A DNA stretch of 54,057 bases, taken from a virus. Taxonomy: Duplodnaviria; Caudoviricetes. Of this stretch, positions 35,456 to 44,910 are shown one piece after another (within the stretch, counting starts at the first letter, position 1; every line of letters starts with the position of its first letter). The stretch spans positions 1 through 54,057 of IMG/VR virus record IMGVR_UViG_3300027986_000324; one strand, given 5' to 3'. The notes under the pieces are model-generated. The model ran no database searches and was not told the DNA's origin. It worked only from the letters and a program-made list of their open reading frames with translations. Both the position numbers and the translations under genes were made by a program.

Positions 35456-35670
35456 ACTTTGCCTGCGTCCGGATCCACGGGGCCAGCCGGCAACTTAGTC
35501 GATGGCGCAGCATTCCAGGCCGTTTTAAAGTTCGCGGCGATAGCATGAAGGCTGCTGTACATCCAGCGATAGCCCTTGCCGTCTTTGCTGTCCGGTTCCG
35601 GCATGCCGCTGACCAGGCCGCTGAAGATGACCCAGCCGAAGAAAATCCAAAACCAGGGATCGTGTGGCAT
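35452..35670 (-). CDS. small membrane protein, holin-like
   Basis: WFWIFFGWVIFSGLVSGMPEP...YRWMY..LH..AAN. Confidence 0.6.
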   Translation of the reverse strand: MPHDPWFWIFFGWVIFSGLVSGMPEPDSKDGKGYRWMYSSLHAIAANFKTAWNAAPSTKLPAGPVDPDAGKV

Positions 35671-35671
35671 A

Positions 35672-35878
35672 TCAGTCCGCCCCCGCTCGACGCGCTCGGC
35701 TCAGCTCCTCGATCGGCGAGGGCTGAAATCCCTCTGGATAAATCACATGCCCGTTCACGTGACGGTGTGGCGGAAAATCCTTCAATACATCGAGGACCCT
35801 GTTTGCGGCAGATATCACCTTCCAGGCCGCGATGATCAGCGTCAACAGCTCGCTACCGTGCCACAGGTATTCGCTCAT
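35672..35878 (-). CDS. small single-TM protein, holin/antiholin-like
   Basis: MSEYLWHGSELLTLIIAAWKVI; GAGGGG RBS. Confidence 0.55.
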   Translation of the reverse strand: MSEYLWHGSELLTLIIAAWKVISAANRVLDVLKDFPPHRHVNGHVIYPEGFQPSPIEELSRARRAGAD

Positions 35879-35896
35879 TCTCTTCCCCTCGAAATT

Positions 35897-35922
35897 CAAA
35901 AGGCCGGAGGTTAATCCGGCCC
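35897..35922 (-). terminator. intrinsic terminator at the head of the late operon
   Basis: GGCCGGA-TTAACC-TCCGGCC followed by TTTTG. Confidence 0.65.
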
Positions 35923-35984
35923 GATGGCTCTGGCGATTTCTCCGCGACCCTCCATTCCTCACCGCGTCGCGTTAACGGTGAAAC

Positions 35985-36164
35985 TCAACCCCGATTCGGG
36001 CTGCTCTGCACATTGACCGGTGCGCCAGGCGGCAGCGCGTTCACGCGCCGATGGATGCCAGGCCGCGCCAGCTTGACGCCCTTGCGCGCGGCTTCCTTTT
36101 GCGCTGGACAGTTGCCCTTATGGCTCGCACTGAGCGGATGCCCGCAATCGCTGCAGAAGCGCAT
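35985..36164 (-). CDS. small Zn-ribbon-like protein (59 aa, not in ORF track)
   Basis: MRFCSDCGHPLSASHKGNCP; starts 3 nt after the upstream stop. Confidence 0.5.
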   Translation of the reverse strand: MRFCSDCGHPLSASHKGNCPAQKEAARKGVKLARPGIHRRVNALPPGAPVNVQSSPNRG

Positions 36165-36167
36165 CGG

Positions 36168-36635
36168 TTACCACCGGCTCGATCCGCTCGCGTTCTCTAC
36201 GCCCAGCGGTCCCACCCGCACGGCCTTGGTGTCCCCCACGAACGGCCACATCCGAATCTTCTGCTGCGCCCGCTCGATAAAGTCTTCCGTGGGCTGGCCC
36301 TGCCTCTCCAGCAGGTCCTTGGCTAAGGCGCTCAAACGCCCTGTCCTGGACCGTCCCATCGTGCCCGCGTTCGCTTCTACCTCGGTCCGCTTGATCGTGG
36401 CCGAAGAAGGTTTCAGCTTGCCGCCCTTCACCCGCCGGGCATAGGTTCCATAGGACGCGAAATGGTGGGAGATCAATTCAATCTCCCCGGTCAGTAGCAT
36501 GTCTGCGCGCTCGACCATGGAGAGATGCGCGTGAAGGCCCAGAGAACAATCCGGACGGATGTTGCGTCGAACCAGAGCCTCGTACTCGTCGCGGCTCAAT
36601 AAACAGGTTTTGCGGGGATTTTGGTTGCGGCTCAT
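36168..36635 (-). CDS. hypothetical basic protein, first gene of the late region
   Basis: 155-aa ORF; no family recognised. Confidence 0.6.
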   Translation of the reverse strand: MSRNQNPRKTCLLSRDEYEALVRRNIRPDCSLGLHAHLSMVERADMLLTGEIELISHHFASYGTYARRVKGGKLKPSSATIKRTEVEANAGTMGRSRTGRLSALAKDLLERQGQPTEDFIERAQQKIRMWPFVGDTKAVRVGPLGVENASGSSRW

Positions 36636-36903
36636 TTTGGGAATGCGCTGCCTATACGATTGAGGAGCGCCCAGTTATCGTCCGTGCGTCTGACGTGTTG
36701 CAATTGTCTTCCCTTCCCCTTGATTCGTGCGACCCTGCCTGTTTTGGCGAGGGCCGCACATTTTGCCCAGGTATAAGGAGAAGGTTGGATAGGATTATGG
36801 GGATTAAGGCCCTATACACTCAAGTTGCATTTTCGCAACCACTATAGATTGCGGCTACCTTCCGATAGTTTACAAACCAAACAAAACAAAGGTAATATAG
36901 TTG

Positions 36904-36932
36904 TTGACAAACCCAACTAACGGAGATACACT
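36904..36932 (+). promoter_or_regulatory. sigma70-type promoter
   Basis: TTGACA-17 nt-TACACT; downstream inverted repeat GCCGTT-ACC-AACGGC. Confidence 0.75.
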
Positions 36933-36969
36933 CCTAATCAAGCCGTTACCAACGGCAGGAGAATACAAA

Positions 36970-37815
36970 GTGAGAAACTTCAACAGCTTTTCCCGCAGCA
37001 GCAACCAACCCTTAACCCTCGACCAAATCGGCCAGCTCGCCCCGTCCGCTATCGCTATCACAGCGCACAGCAGCCGCTCAGACCGCTATGCCTACATCCC
37101 AACCCTGCAGATCATCCAAGGCATGGAGAAAGCAGGATTCCTGCCATTCTCCGCGAAGCAGTCCCGCACCCGCCTGGAAGATCGCCGCGACTTCACCAAG
37201 CACATGATTCGCTTCCGCCATGTCTCGCAGGAAGTACAGGTCGGCGGCTCTTTTCCCGAAGTCGTACTGATCAACTCTCACGATGGCACCAGCGCCTACA
37301 AACTGATGGCTGGAATCTTCCGCCTGGTGTGCAGTAATGGCCTGGTCGTCGCCAGCTCCATGCAGGACAGCATCACCGTCCGCCACCAGGGCAACATCAT
37401 CCAGGCCGTGGTCGAAGGCAGCACCCGCATTATCGAGGCCGCGCCCAAGATGCTGGACGCCGTAAACAACTGGACGGGCCTGATGTTGACGGCAGGCGAG
37501 CAGCAGGTATTTGCCGAGGCCGCTCACTCCATCCGCTTCGGCGACGAAGAAGGAAAGACCGACACACCCATCAAGCCTGCCCAGTTACTTCAGGCTCGCC
37601 GCACCTCTGACACCCGCAACGACCTGTACACCACCCTGAACCGCATACAGGAAAATGTCATCCGTGGCGGAGTTCGCGCCTTGGGGCACGATGCCGCTGG
37701 CCACCTTCGCCGCACTACCACCCGCGAAGTCAAGGGCATTGACCAGGACGTGAAACTGAATCGGGCTCTCTGGACGCTGGCCGAGAAGATGGCCCAAATC
37801 AAGAACGAAGCCTAA
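36970..37815 (+). CDS. DUF932/DUF945 family protein
   Basis: H.SRSDRY.YIPT, FTKHMIRFR, LINSHDGTSAY.L.AG.FRLVCSNGL and N.IQEN.IRGG motifs; AGGAG RBS then GTG. Confidence 0.92.
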   Translation: MRNFNSFSRSSNQPLTLDQIGQLAPSAIAITAHSSRSDRYAYIPTLQIIQGMEKAGFLPFSAKQSRTRLEDRRDFTKHMIRFRHVSQEVQVGGSFPEVVLINSHDGTSAYKLMAGIFRLVCSNGLVVASSMQDSITVRHQGNIIQAVVEGSTRIIEAAPKMLDAVNNWTGLMLTAGEQQVFAEAAHSIRFGDEEGKTDTPIKPAQLLQARRTSDTRNDLYTTLNRIQENVIRGGVRALGHDAAGHLRRTTTREVKGIDQDVKLNRALWTLAEKMAQIKNEA

Positions 37816-37816
37816 T

Positions 37817-37871
37817 CGCAGAGCACGGCCCGCAAGGGCCGTAATGCGGCAGGCCGGTTGCAAGCCCGGCC
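37817..37871 (+). ncRNA. twister self-cleaving ribozyme, type P5
   Basis: CGCA-GAGCA-[CGGCCC GCAA GGGCCG]-UAA-UGCG-GC-A-[GGCCGG UUGCAAGC CCGGCC]: P2, P1 and P4 stems, UAA cleavage loop, and both pseudoknot pairings (GC/GC; UGC/GCA). Confidence 0.85.
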
Positions 37872-37890
37872 AGAGAAGGCAGGAGGTTTT

Positions 37891-38196
37891 ATGACGTGCT
37901 TACGATCCAGGGATGCAGGGCAAACATGCAAGCAACTGGAAGAGCAGGGACTGAGTCCGGACGAATTGTGCGCAAATTGCGCCAACGACTTCCGCGCCGA
38001 CCTTGGACAGGCCGCCCTTGATGCATTCGCAGAAGCTTCGGGGACCAAGGATGACATGGGCTATACCGATGAAGTGCCGACGATCCTGACCGATTTACTG
38101 GCGGACCTCATGCACTATTGCCGTCGCGAAGGCCTGGAATTTGCGGCGATTATGCAGCAAGCCCAGGCGTACCACGCCGACGAAGTGGCGGCATGA
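37891..38196 (+). CDS. hypothetical protein
   Basis: AGGAGG RBS; LTDLLADLMHYC...G..F.....A...H..EV helical family. Confidence 0.75.
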   Translation: MTCLRSRDAGQTCKQLEEQGLSPDELCANCANDFRADLGQAALDAFAEASGTKDDMGYTDEVPTILTDLLADLMHYCRREGLEFAAIMQQAQAYHADEVAA

Positions 38197-38306
38197 TTTC
38201 GCATGGATTTAAACTGTTAATTCCGCCGCGCCCCAGTATTCCCGGGCAAGCGGGACGTCTCGGGTGGTACCGGGCAGGCCGGGCGTAAGACGGCCACAAA
38301 CTCGCC

Positions 38307-38498
38307 ATGAACAAACGTGAACGGGTGAAACGCGCAAGGACCGCAGGCCGGCAGACGAGTGCAGCCAAGACCAAGGCCGCCCGTGAGAACGGCAAGCGAG
38401 GAGGACGCCCAGGCAATCCCGAGACTGCCCGGATCATGGCAGAACGGGGCTGCACGCGGCAGATGGCGTCTATGGTTTTGCGTGGACTGCGGAAATAA
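38307..38498 (+). CDS. small basic DNA-binding protein
   Basis: TSAAK.KAARENGKRGGRP motif and a short HTH-like tail. Confidence 0.7.
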   Translation: MNKRERVKRARTAGRQTSAAKTKAARENGKRGGRPGNPETARIMAERGCTRQMASMVLRGLRK

Positions 38499-38715
38499 CT
38501 GGCAGGTCGAATTGCTGTGGCAGCACCTGGACCGTGCGCCGTCCCTTCCCCGGTCGGCGGATCATTCCTTCTGACTCCATCTTTTGCAGGTACTTGTTCA
38601 CCGCCTGGCGCGAGATGCCCAGCTGCTCCGCGATCTCCGCCTCGGAAGGCGAATTGCCGTCATTGCGGCCTTTGTATTCGCGAATGGCCTGGAGAATCTC
38701 AGAGCGCCGATCCAT
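38470..38715 (-). CDS. LexA-DBD-like winged HTH regulator
   Basis: ILQAIREY......SPSEAEIAEQLGISRQAVNKYLQKMESEGMIRR; GAGGAG RBS. Confidence 0.85.
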   Translation of the reverse strand: MDRRSEILQAIREYKGRNDGNSPSEAEIAEQLGISRQAVNKYLQKMESEGMIRRPGKGRRTVQVLPQQFDLPVISAVHAKP

Positions 38716-38917
38716 CGCCCCTCCTCACGATCTTGCCAAACTTCATCCACTCCGGAGGCCGGCAGCCGCCCTCGACCCAGTCCCTTCCCTGCTCGACGAA
38801 CCACGCGGCCAGTAGCAGTAAGCCGATTAGTGCGCTCAGCAGCAGGACCGCAATCGCCTGCAGCGCCTGGCCGCTCGTGTTCCATGCCTTTTCAAAATCG
38901 CCCTGCAGACGCTTCAT
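38699..38917 (-). CDS. small TM protein
   Basis: One hydrophobic segment; coupled to neighbours. Confidence 0.55.
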   Translation of the reverse strand: MKRLQGDFEKAWNTSGQALQAIAVLLLSALIGLLLLAAWFVEQGRDWVEGGCRPPEWMKFGKIVRRGDGSAL

Positions 38918-39474
38918 GCCATGCCTCCAAACAGTGCGATTTGCTCGCCCTCAATTTTCCCGACGTCTGGAACGGGCAGCTCTTCCAGTTCCACGGCCAC
39001 CGGGCGGCCGCCGTGCCCGTCATACACCCACTGGCAAAAGGCGATGATGCGCGCCGCGCTCGCATTCCGTACGCCGTCCCATTGCCCGAGGTAGCTTGGC
39101 CCGTCGCCCCGCTTGGCCGTGTGAAAACTCACTTGGCCTTGCGGGAGGTCCACATAGAGCACCCAGGAGTAGCCAGGTGTCTTTTCGTCCCAGCCCCAGC
39201 CCCATGGGATATACGATGTGCCCGAGGCCAGGCACAAGGCTCCCAGGCTCTTGTCCAGCTCGCGCAGTGCCCAGTTCTTTTTGTCGTAGGCCATCTGCCG
39301 ATAGGAACCCTGCCCCCGGATCCCGCCGCGGTATTGCTTCGCCCGTTCGGAACACTTGCCAGCGCGGAAGAGATGTTCCGCGACCACGCCCAGCATCCCT
39401 TTCTGGCGCAGGGCTTCGTAGAAGGCGGCTGTGGCCTCGCCGTTCGAACCCTGGTAGATAGATTCGGCGTTCAT
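38914..39474 (-). CDS. conserved phage hypothetical protein
   Basis: LFRA.K.S.RAK.YRG...AYDKK and WVLYVDLP.GQVSFH...Y.GQWDG motifs. Confidence 0.75.
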   Translation of the reverse strand: MNAESIYQGSNGEATAAFYEALRQKGMLGVVAEHLFRAGKCSERAKQYRGGIRGQGSYRQMAYDKKNWALRELDKSLGALCLASGTSYIPWGWGWDEKTPGYSWVLYVDLPQGQVSFHTAKRGDGPSYLGQWDGVRNASAARIIAFCQWVYDGHGGRPVAVELEELPVPDVGKIEGEQIALFGGMA

Positions 39475-39480
39475 GATGGC

Positions 39481-39819
39481 TTATTCCCCCATCCCTTCAA
39501 ACGTGACAATATGATCCCGCCGCAGTTTGCCGCGCTTCTGCCCACTCCTCTTGCGCTGTACCGTGACGTTCCGAATCAGGATGGTTCCGGGCAAGCATCG
39601 CGTTTGAACACTCAGCCCTAGGCGACGGGAATAGGTTTTGATCGTCTTCCGTTTGACCTCGGTGGAGACGTCTGTAAACCTGATTTTGACAATCTCCTCT
39701 TCGCCGCTCTTGAGGTAATTGAGGGCCTGCCATATGTCCAAGTGCTTGGCGGCTTCCGCTTTCTGCCACTCTTGAAGCGTTGCGCTTTCGAATAAACGTT
39801 GCGGCTGGTTCGGGATCAT
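39481..39819 (-). CDS. hypothetical basic protein
   Basis: ORF in the operon, ATGA-type overlap with the ACP-like gene. Confidence 0.55.
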   Translation of the reverse strand: MIPNQPQRLFESATLQEWQKAEAAKHLDIWQALNYLKSGEEEIVKIRFTDVSTEVKRKTIKTYSRRLGLSVQTRCLPGTILIRNVTVQRKRSGQKRGKLRRDHIVTFEGMGE

Positions 39820-40079
39820 CGCGGAACTCCCTTCAGCCGCCACTTCAGGTAGTGGATGATGGCACCCACGTCCTTCAGGCTGCCGCGCTGGGCCAGAGTC
39901 ACCGCAATGTCAAATTCCTCTTCAATCCTGCGCCACACGTACGACTCGCTGCCTGGATCCGCCCCCAGTTGCGACAAGGATTGATCGGAGTAAATCTCAT
40001 CCACTCCTATCGCCAGTGCCTCGGCAATGATTTCGCGCATTTTCAGATCGAGATTGACAACTACTGGCTGTTCAGGCAC
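39816..40079 (-). CDS. acyl carrier protein-like protein lacking the canonical DSL serine
   Basis: REIIAEAL....DEI.....L..LGAD(PG)S......IEEEFDI.V......LKDVG..I.Y. Confidence 0.8.
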   Translation of the reverse strand: MPEQPVVVNLDLKMREIIAEALAIGVDEIYSDQSLSQLGADPGSESYVWRRIEEEFDIAVTLAQRGSLKDVGAIIHYLKWRLKGVPR

Positions 40080-41061
40080 GCCGCCTCCAGTCCTTCGCGC
40101 CCCGGACCTCCACGATCCGGCACATACCCTCCAAACGCGAATGCACCCGTTCCCCTACCCGCTCCCGGAGACTCTCGACGCGCATCGCCCGCTGGGCTGC
40201 GCTCTGCGGCATCGCCGCCGTGTCCCAGGGCAGATTGGTGGTCACAATGGTGGACCGCCGATGGCTGTAGCGCTGGTCGATCACGTAATACAGCATCGAG
40301 CGGTTCCAGTCCGTCAGTTTTTCCGGCCCGATGTCGTCGATCACCAGCACATCCGCTTCACAGATGTCGCTCACCAGGTCATAGGCAGTTGCCGCATTTC
40401 CGTCGTCGTCTTCGATCTGTCCGCTCACGCTCGTAAACGTTCCCTGCAATTGCTGCAGCAACGCCGAATAGGAGCGAAACAGCGCCCGCGCGCCCTTGTG
40501 TTCAATCAGCATCCGCAACAGCGCCGCCGCCAGGTGCGTCTTGCCGCCGCCCGTGGGCCCCCAGAACAGCAGCCCAGGCCTTTCGAGCTTCGGCCACTCC
40601 TGTACATATCGCCCCGCCGACATGCGCGCCATCTCCAGGGATCCATTGCCGGCGCAGAGATAATTCTCGAGCGTAGTGCCCCGAAACTCTTCCGGAAGTC
40701 CAGCCATCCGCAACAGAGATTTGGCGCGGCGCGCCTTCCAGCACTCGCATCGCGCCGCGACCCGCTTGCCGTTCTCGAGGCGCATCACAAATCCACTCGG
40801 ATCATCCCGGCAGACCGCGCACTCGTAAACCACTGCGTCCGCGGGCTCCGCTGCAGCCAGCTCTCTCTGCGCCTCGGCCAGCTCGGCCTTCATCTGCTCT
40901 TTCAACAGTTCCCCGGCCTGCCTCATGCCCGCCGGCAGCGCAGCTCTGCGCGTGACCGGGCTCAGAGCATTGCCGTCTTCCGCAACTCCATGCTCACGCC
41001 GGCGCTGTCTCAGCAGCTCTTGCATCTGCTGGACCTGCTCGGCTGTGAGTGCTTGGGTCAT
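40072..41061 (-). CDS. DnaC/IstB-like helicase loader ATPase
   Basis: CAVC...CEC Zn site, GPTGGGKTHLA, LVIDDIG, TIVTTN and RVHSRL..MC motifs. Confidence 0.92.
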   Translation of the reverse strand: MTQALTAEQVQQMQELLRQRRREHGVAEDGNALSPVTRRAALPAGMRQAGELLKEQMKAELAEAQRELAAAEPADAVVYECAVCRDDPSGFVMRLENGKRVAARCECWKARRAKSLLRMAGLPEEFRGTTLENYLCAGNGSLEMARMSAGRYVQEWPKLERPGLLFWGPTGGGKTHLAAALLRMLIEHKGARALFRSYSALLQQLQGTFTSVSGQIEDDDGNAATAYDLVSDICEADVLVIDDIGPEKLTDWNRSMLYYVIDQRYSHRRSTIVTTNLPWDTAAMPQSAAQRAMRVESLRERVGERVHSRLEGMCRIVEVRGAKDWRRRA

Positions 41062-41963
41062 TTCGTGGCACCCAATTCGAGTTGCTGTTCTACCTTGTCC
41101 CCGCTCCCCAGGATGAGCTGCTGTCCGATCAGGTCCACATTCGGGTCGTCAGGGGTCTCATGCTTCAGGATCCGGATGAGCGCGCTCTTTGGTGTGCCCG
41201 ATCGCTCCGCCGCAATCGCCGCCAGATGAGCCCAGACCCTGCCAGGCATCTCCACCGCTTCCGGGTTGCGGCGCTGCCAGTCCTTCTCCTCGAGCTCCAT
41301 CTTGGACCGCCACCGGCTGTAGTGGATTCCATCGGAGGTGGTAAGTTCTTTGCGCTTCGCGCGAGAGTGTCCGTTTTTTCTCTCTCCCGCTTCTTCTTGT
41401 ACTTCCTCTAAGCTCCTGGTACTTCTTACTTCCTTATATGCACTGTCATTTGGTGACAGTGCCGTGCTTTTGGTGACACTGCCACTGTCACCTTGTGAAT
41501 CGGCAGTCTCACTTGGTGACGTTCCAGTGTCACGAACTGACGCCGGGTCACTTTTCGTGCCACTGTCATCTGGTGACACTCCAGCGTCACTTGGTGATGG
41601 TGAGTCCTCGGCGGATGCCGGGTCGTCTTGAGGCTGGAGGACCAGGCGATAGAACAGACGGGGAGGCCGATGGTCCGTTTTCGTGACCTTCAGCCAGCCC
41701 CGGTCTTCCAATTCCGCCTGTCCGTTCTTAATGCCGTTGCGGCTCAAACCGCAGCCTGAGTCCTTCCGTCTGCCGGTCTTCTCGTTGACAATGCCGTGCA
41801 GCAGCTCGTCATAGGTCAGCTCCGGAAAAGCTTCCCCGAACCGGGTATGCTTGAGGATGTAGGCCAACAGCTTGAGCCCTGCCTCTTTCAGCCCCTTCTC
41901 AGCGTCAAAGGCCTCCAGCGGCATCGGCACGAACGGGAAATTGATTTTGATTCCCTTGGCCAT
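41058..41963 (-). CDS. replication initiator (lambda O-like position)
   Basis: N-terminal wHTH (GCGLSRNGI......LE.RGWL), low-complexity linker with iterons; upstream of the DnaC-like gene. Confidence 0.8.
   Translation of the reverse strand: MAKGIKINFPFVPMPLEAFDAEKGLKEAGLKLLAYILKHTRFGEAFPELTYDELLHGIVNEKTGRRKDSGCGLSRNGIKNGQAELEDRGWLKVTKTDHRPPRLFYRLVLQPQDDPASAEDSPSPSDAGVSPDDSGTKSDPASVRDTGTSPSETADSQGDSGSVTKSTALSPNDSAYKEVRSTRSLEEVQEEAGERKNGHSRAKRKELTTSDGIHYSRWRSKMELEEKDWQRRNPEAVEMPGRVWAHLAAIAAERSGTPKSALIRILKHETPDDPNVDLIGQQLILGSGDKVEQQLELGATK
41441..41605. repeat. replication origin iterons inside the initiator gene
   Basis: CACTGTCA-TTTGG-TGACAGTG at 41441 and several GTCA-N5-TGA(C) variants up to ~41600. 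Confidence 0.75.
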
Positions 41964-42193
41964 CAGGCCACGACGGTCACGTTCTCGGCCTTTAGACCCT
42001 TCGCCCCGTGGACCAGGTCAAACTGTACCTGCGCCCCTTCGTTGAGCGTCCGATAGCCGTCCATCCGGATATCGCTGTGGTGGACGAAGACGTCCCCGCG
42101 CTCCGGATGGGTGATGAAGCCGTAGCCCTTGGAACCGTTGAACCACTTCACCGAGCCCTGGTGGCGCTCGCTATTTCCGTTTCCGTTTTGCAT
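41963..42193 (-). CDS. csp: cold-shock domain protein
   Basis: [35 protein letters not shown] and [10 protein letters not shown]. Confidence 0.95.
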   Translation of the reverse strand: MQNGNGNSERHQGSVKWFNGSKGYGFITHPERGDVFVHHSDIRMDGYRTLNEGAQVQFDLVHGAKGLKAENVTVVA

Positions 42194-44288
42194 TCGCTTT
42201 TCTCTCCTTCTTCGGTTGTTTACCGCTGTCGCCGGCTTTATCCTTCGCCAGCTTTTCCTTTTCCGCCTTGCTCTTAGGCCGCTTCTTTTCGAGCAGCGCC
42301 TCGGCATCCGCCAGCAGCTTAGCGGTGTCGATCTTGTAGGTTGCGGCAATGGTCGCCAGAGGCGAGGACTTCGGCAGCGAGGTGTTGTAGTAGAACTCCT
42401 CCAGGCCCATTTCCGGCTCCAAGGCGCAGATCACCAGCATCTTCATCAGATCTCCCGCCTTGAGTGTTTTCGCGAACCGCTTCAGCGGCGAGCTATCGAA
42501 TCCCGCCGTGCCTTTGATGTCATAGACGCGCTGGACCTTGGCCTGGTCGCGATGGTCCATCTTGCTCAATATCCAATCGAGCACGATAGGTGCGTCCTTT
42601 GCGCTCAGTTCGTCGGGCAGCTTGGGTACCAGAGCCTTCACTACGCTGTTGCGAAAAACGAACTGTACCCGCTGTTTCCATATCTCCACACGCCGCTCGA
42701 AGCTAACCGGCGCATGCCCGCTGCCGCCGCCCGAACTGTAGGAAGACCTGTAACTATGCTGCTGGCAGTTCTCCTCGACGCAGATGTCCACAATCTGGCC
42801 GATCTTCTTGCCATCCACGTAAATGGCCCTCTGCGTCAGCTTGCACTTGGGTTTTGCCAGTTCGTAAGCGCCCGGATGGAGCACGCCAGGCTCTGGCTTA
42901 TCGCCCCAGTGCAAGTGGTCTTCGCTGATCTTCTGCACTGAGGGCGCCTGCGCGGCTTTCCCCTTGTCCGCTTTCTTCCCTTCCGTCTTCACCGGCTCTG
43001 GAATCTGCATCACATCGCGCACCGCGACAATCAGATCCTTGCCTTTCAGATCTGGATTGCCCTTCGGCGCGTCCTTGAACCAAACGGCAGGACCAGGGCC
43101 GCCCTTATAGCTCACGTTCGCCGAGGCACCCTCTATGCCGAACTCCTCCCGGACCCGCTCCATGACCTGATCGTTCGTCGCGCCACTCTTGCGCAGTTTG
43201 TCCCATGCGCCACCGGAAGCGTGCAGTACGAATTGCAGGCGTTCCCGCTGAGCGTCCGTCAACCCCGTGGACGGCAGCTCCGGCGCCGGCGCGGCAACCT
43301 TGGCCTCTTCCTTGATCCGGATCTGGATAAAGGCGTCCTTCTTGGCTCCGTAGCAAGTAGGATCGGTGCAGGTGTCGCCTCTCTTGACGTCTGCAAAAAG
43401 GCTGGGATTGCTTCCGGTGCGCTTCGGGCAATTGGTGCAGGCCCCTGCGCCTTTGACCAGCTCCGCATCCTTGGTGTCGAACGGCGCTTTCGATAGGTCG
43501 ATGTGGATGTGGCTGGCAATCCAGGCACGCAGCCGCTTTACGCTCACAGACGCTTCGGCGGTCGGGTCCTTCATGACCTGCGCCAGGGCCTTGTATTCCT
43601 TGTCGCTGTCGTAGTCGCGCTCCGCTGCGCCGCCAAAGCACTCCAGAAACACCTGTTCCTGCTCTTTCGGCTGCAGGCGGCAAATCTCTGTTGCATGGCT
43701 GGCATGGATCTTCCCGGCAAAAAACGCCTCCTGGATCGGCGGCAGCAATTGCGCCAACTGCATCCGGGCATAGACGTGGCTCAGCGACTTTTTGGCCACC
43801 GTCTCCGCGATGTACTCGACGGTGCGGCCTTTGTCCAGCAGGACCTTGTACCCGAGTCCCTCTTCCAGGGGATGAACATCTTCGCGCTGGCCGTTCTCGA
43901 CGATCATCAGTTCCAAAGCCGTGTCGTCATCCAGGTCACGGATCTTGCAGGTCAGAGTCTCCATCTTCACCAGCTTGGAGGCACGCCACCGGCGCTCACC
44001 AAACACCAGCTGGTAATACTGGTCGCCCACTGCCGTGCCTTTCGGCAGCAGCTTCAGGTCCTCTTTCGTGGCAAACCGTGGACGCACCAGCGCATCCTGG
44101 ATCACGCCCCCGGTTTTCAGGATGGACGCGCCCAGCTCCGCCAGGCCCTCATCGCGGAACGTCTTCCTCGGATTCAAGGGAGACGGGAGGATTATGTCCA
44201 GTGGAATTTCCATGTTGCCCCGGTTGGCGGCGGCTGAAACTACGGCATCCGGCGCGCTGGCCGGCTGGGTCGGTACCTCGGTGTTCAT
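42171..44288 (-). CDS. parB: ParB/RepB/Spo0J family protein, long form
   Basis: [34 protein letters not shown] and C..CPKRTG...C.D..C. Confidence 0.92.
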   Translation of the reverse strand: MNTEVPTQPASAPDAVVSAAANRGNMEIPLDIILPSPLNPRKTFRDEGLAELGASILKTGGVIQDALVRPRFATKEDLKLLPKGTAVGDQYYQLVFGERRWRASKLVKMETLTCKIRDLDDDTALELMIVENGQREDVHPLEEGLGYKVLLDKGRTVEYIAETVAKKSLSHVYARMQLAQLLPPIQEAFFAGKIHASHATEICRLQPKEQEQVFLECFGGAAERDYDSDKEYKALAQVMKDPTAEASVSVKRLRAWIASHIHIDLSKAPFDTKDAELVKGAGACTNCPKRTGSNPSLFADVKRGDTCTDPTCYGAKKDAFIQIRIKEEAKVAAPAPELPSTGLTDAQRERLQFVLHASGGAWDKLRKSGATNDQVMERVREEFGIEGASANVSYKGGPGPAVWFKDAPKGNPDLKGKDLIVAVRDVMQIPEPVKTEGKKADKGKAAQAPSVQKISEDHLHWGDKPEPGVLHPGAYELAKPKCKLTQRAIYVDGKKIGQIVDICVEENCQQHSYRSSYSSGGGSGHAPVSFERRVEIWKQRVQFVFRNSVVKALVPKLPDELSAKDAPIVLDWILSKMDHRDQAKVQRVYDIKGTAGFDSSPLKRFAKTLKAGDLMKMLVICALEPEMGLEEFYYNTSLPKSSPLATIAATYKIDTAKLLADAEALLEKKRPKSKAEKEKLAKDKAGDSGKQPKKERKANAKRKRK

Positions 44289-44302
44289 CTAGTTCTCCTC
44301 TG

Positions 44303-44686
44303 TCATAGAAATTTGTGAACCACGTAGCAGGCCAGGAGCAGCAACGCGCCCCAGGCCAGCGGAAAGATTGCGGGTCTTGCGAAATTCCGGCGCGGCCTGG
44401 TCTTGGCTTCCGCGCGGATCGTTCCCTTTTGCGGATTGATTACCAGGGCCGTCCCGTTCTCTATCGCCTGGATCACATCGTCACGCTTCAGCCATTGGAG
44501 CGAGGCTTGAAAAGACTCTTGCGAAATCCCCACAGGCAAGATGCCCTCTTCCATCGGCCACTGGGATCGAGGGCAAAGCCGCGCCTGTTCCAGACGTCTG
44601 TGATTCAGCCACTCCGGGGAATGGAGATATTCGTCCATCTCTTTGAGGTACCGTGGCGGAATTTCAAAGCGTCGCTTCTGCCCCAT
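44303..44686 (-). CDS. hypothetical protein with C-terminal TM
   Basis: GGAG RBS before MGQKRRF; C-terminal hydrophobic segment. Confidence 0.55.
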   Translation of the reverse strand: MGQKRRFEIPPRYLKEMDEYLHSPEWLNHRRLEQARLCPRSQWPMEEGILPVGISQESFQASLQWLKRDDVIQAIENGTALVINPQKGTIRAEAKTRPRRNFARPAIFPLAWGALLLLACYVVHKFL

Positions 44687-44910
44687 GGCTCTATACTCCA
44701 AATTGGTTTTCGTACTGCGCGGGGTCCCAGCCTTCCTCGCCGATCCGCATCTGCTTCGGGTCCTCGGCCTCTTTCGGTTCCAGCCCCCTGCGCCGCTCTT
44801 CGTCCTTGCGGGCCATCGAGGGATGCACATGCGGGACGATCGATCCATCCGGGAAGCGCGGTCCCTCGGCACACGTGCAGGCCGTGAGCAGCTCCACCCG
44901 CCGAAAGGCG

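Noticed and set aside
7865-44308. Many long plus-strand ORFs antisense to the structural and early genes (e.g. 18429-19838, 24739-25863, 29287-30405, 40027-41229)
   Set aside because: They are shadows of GC-rich coding strands, with no motifs or RBS
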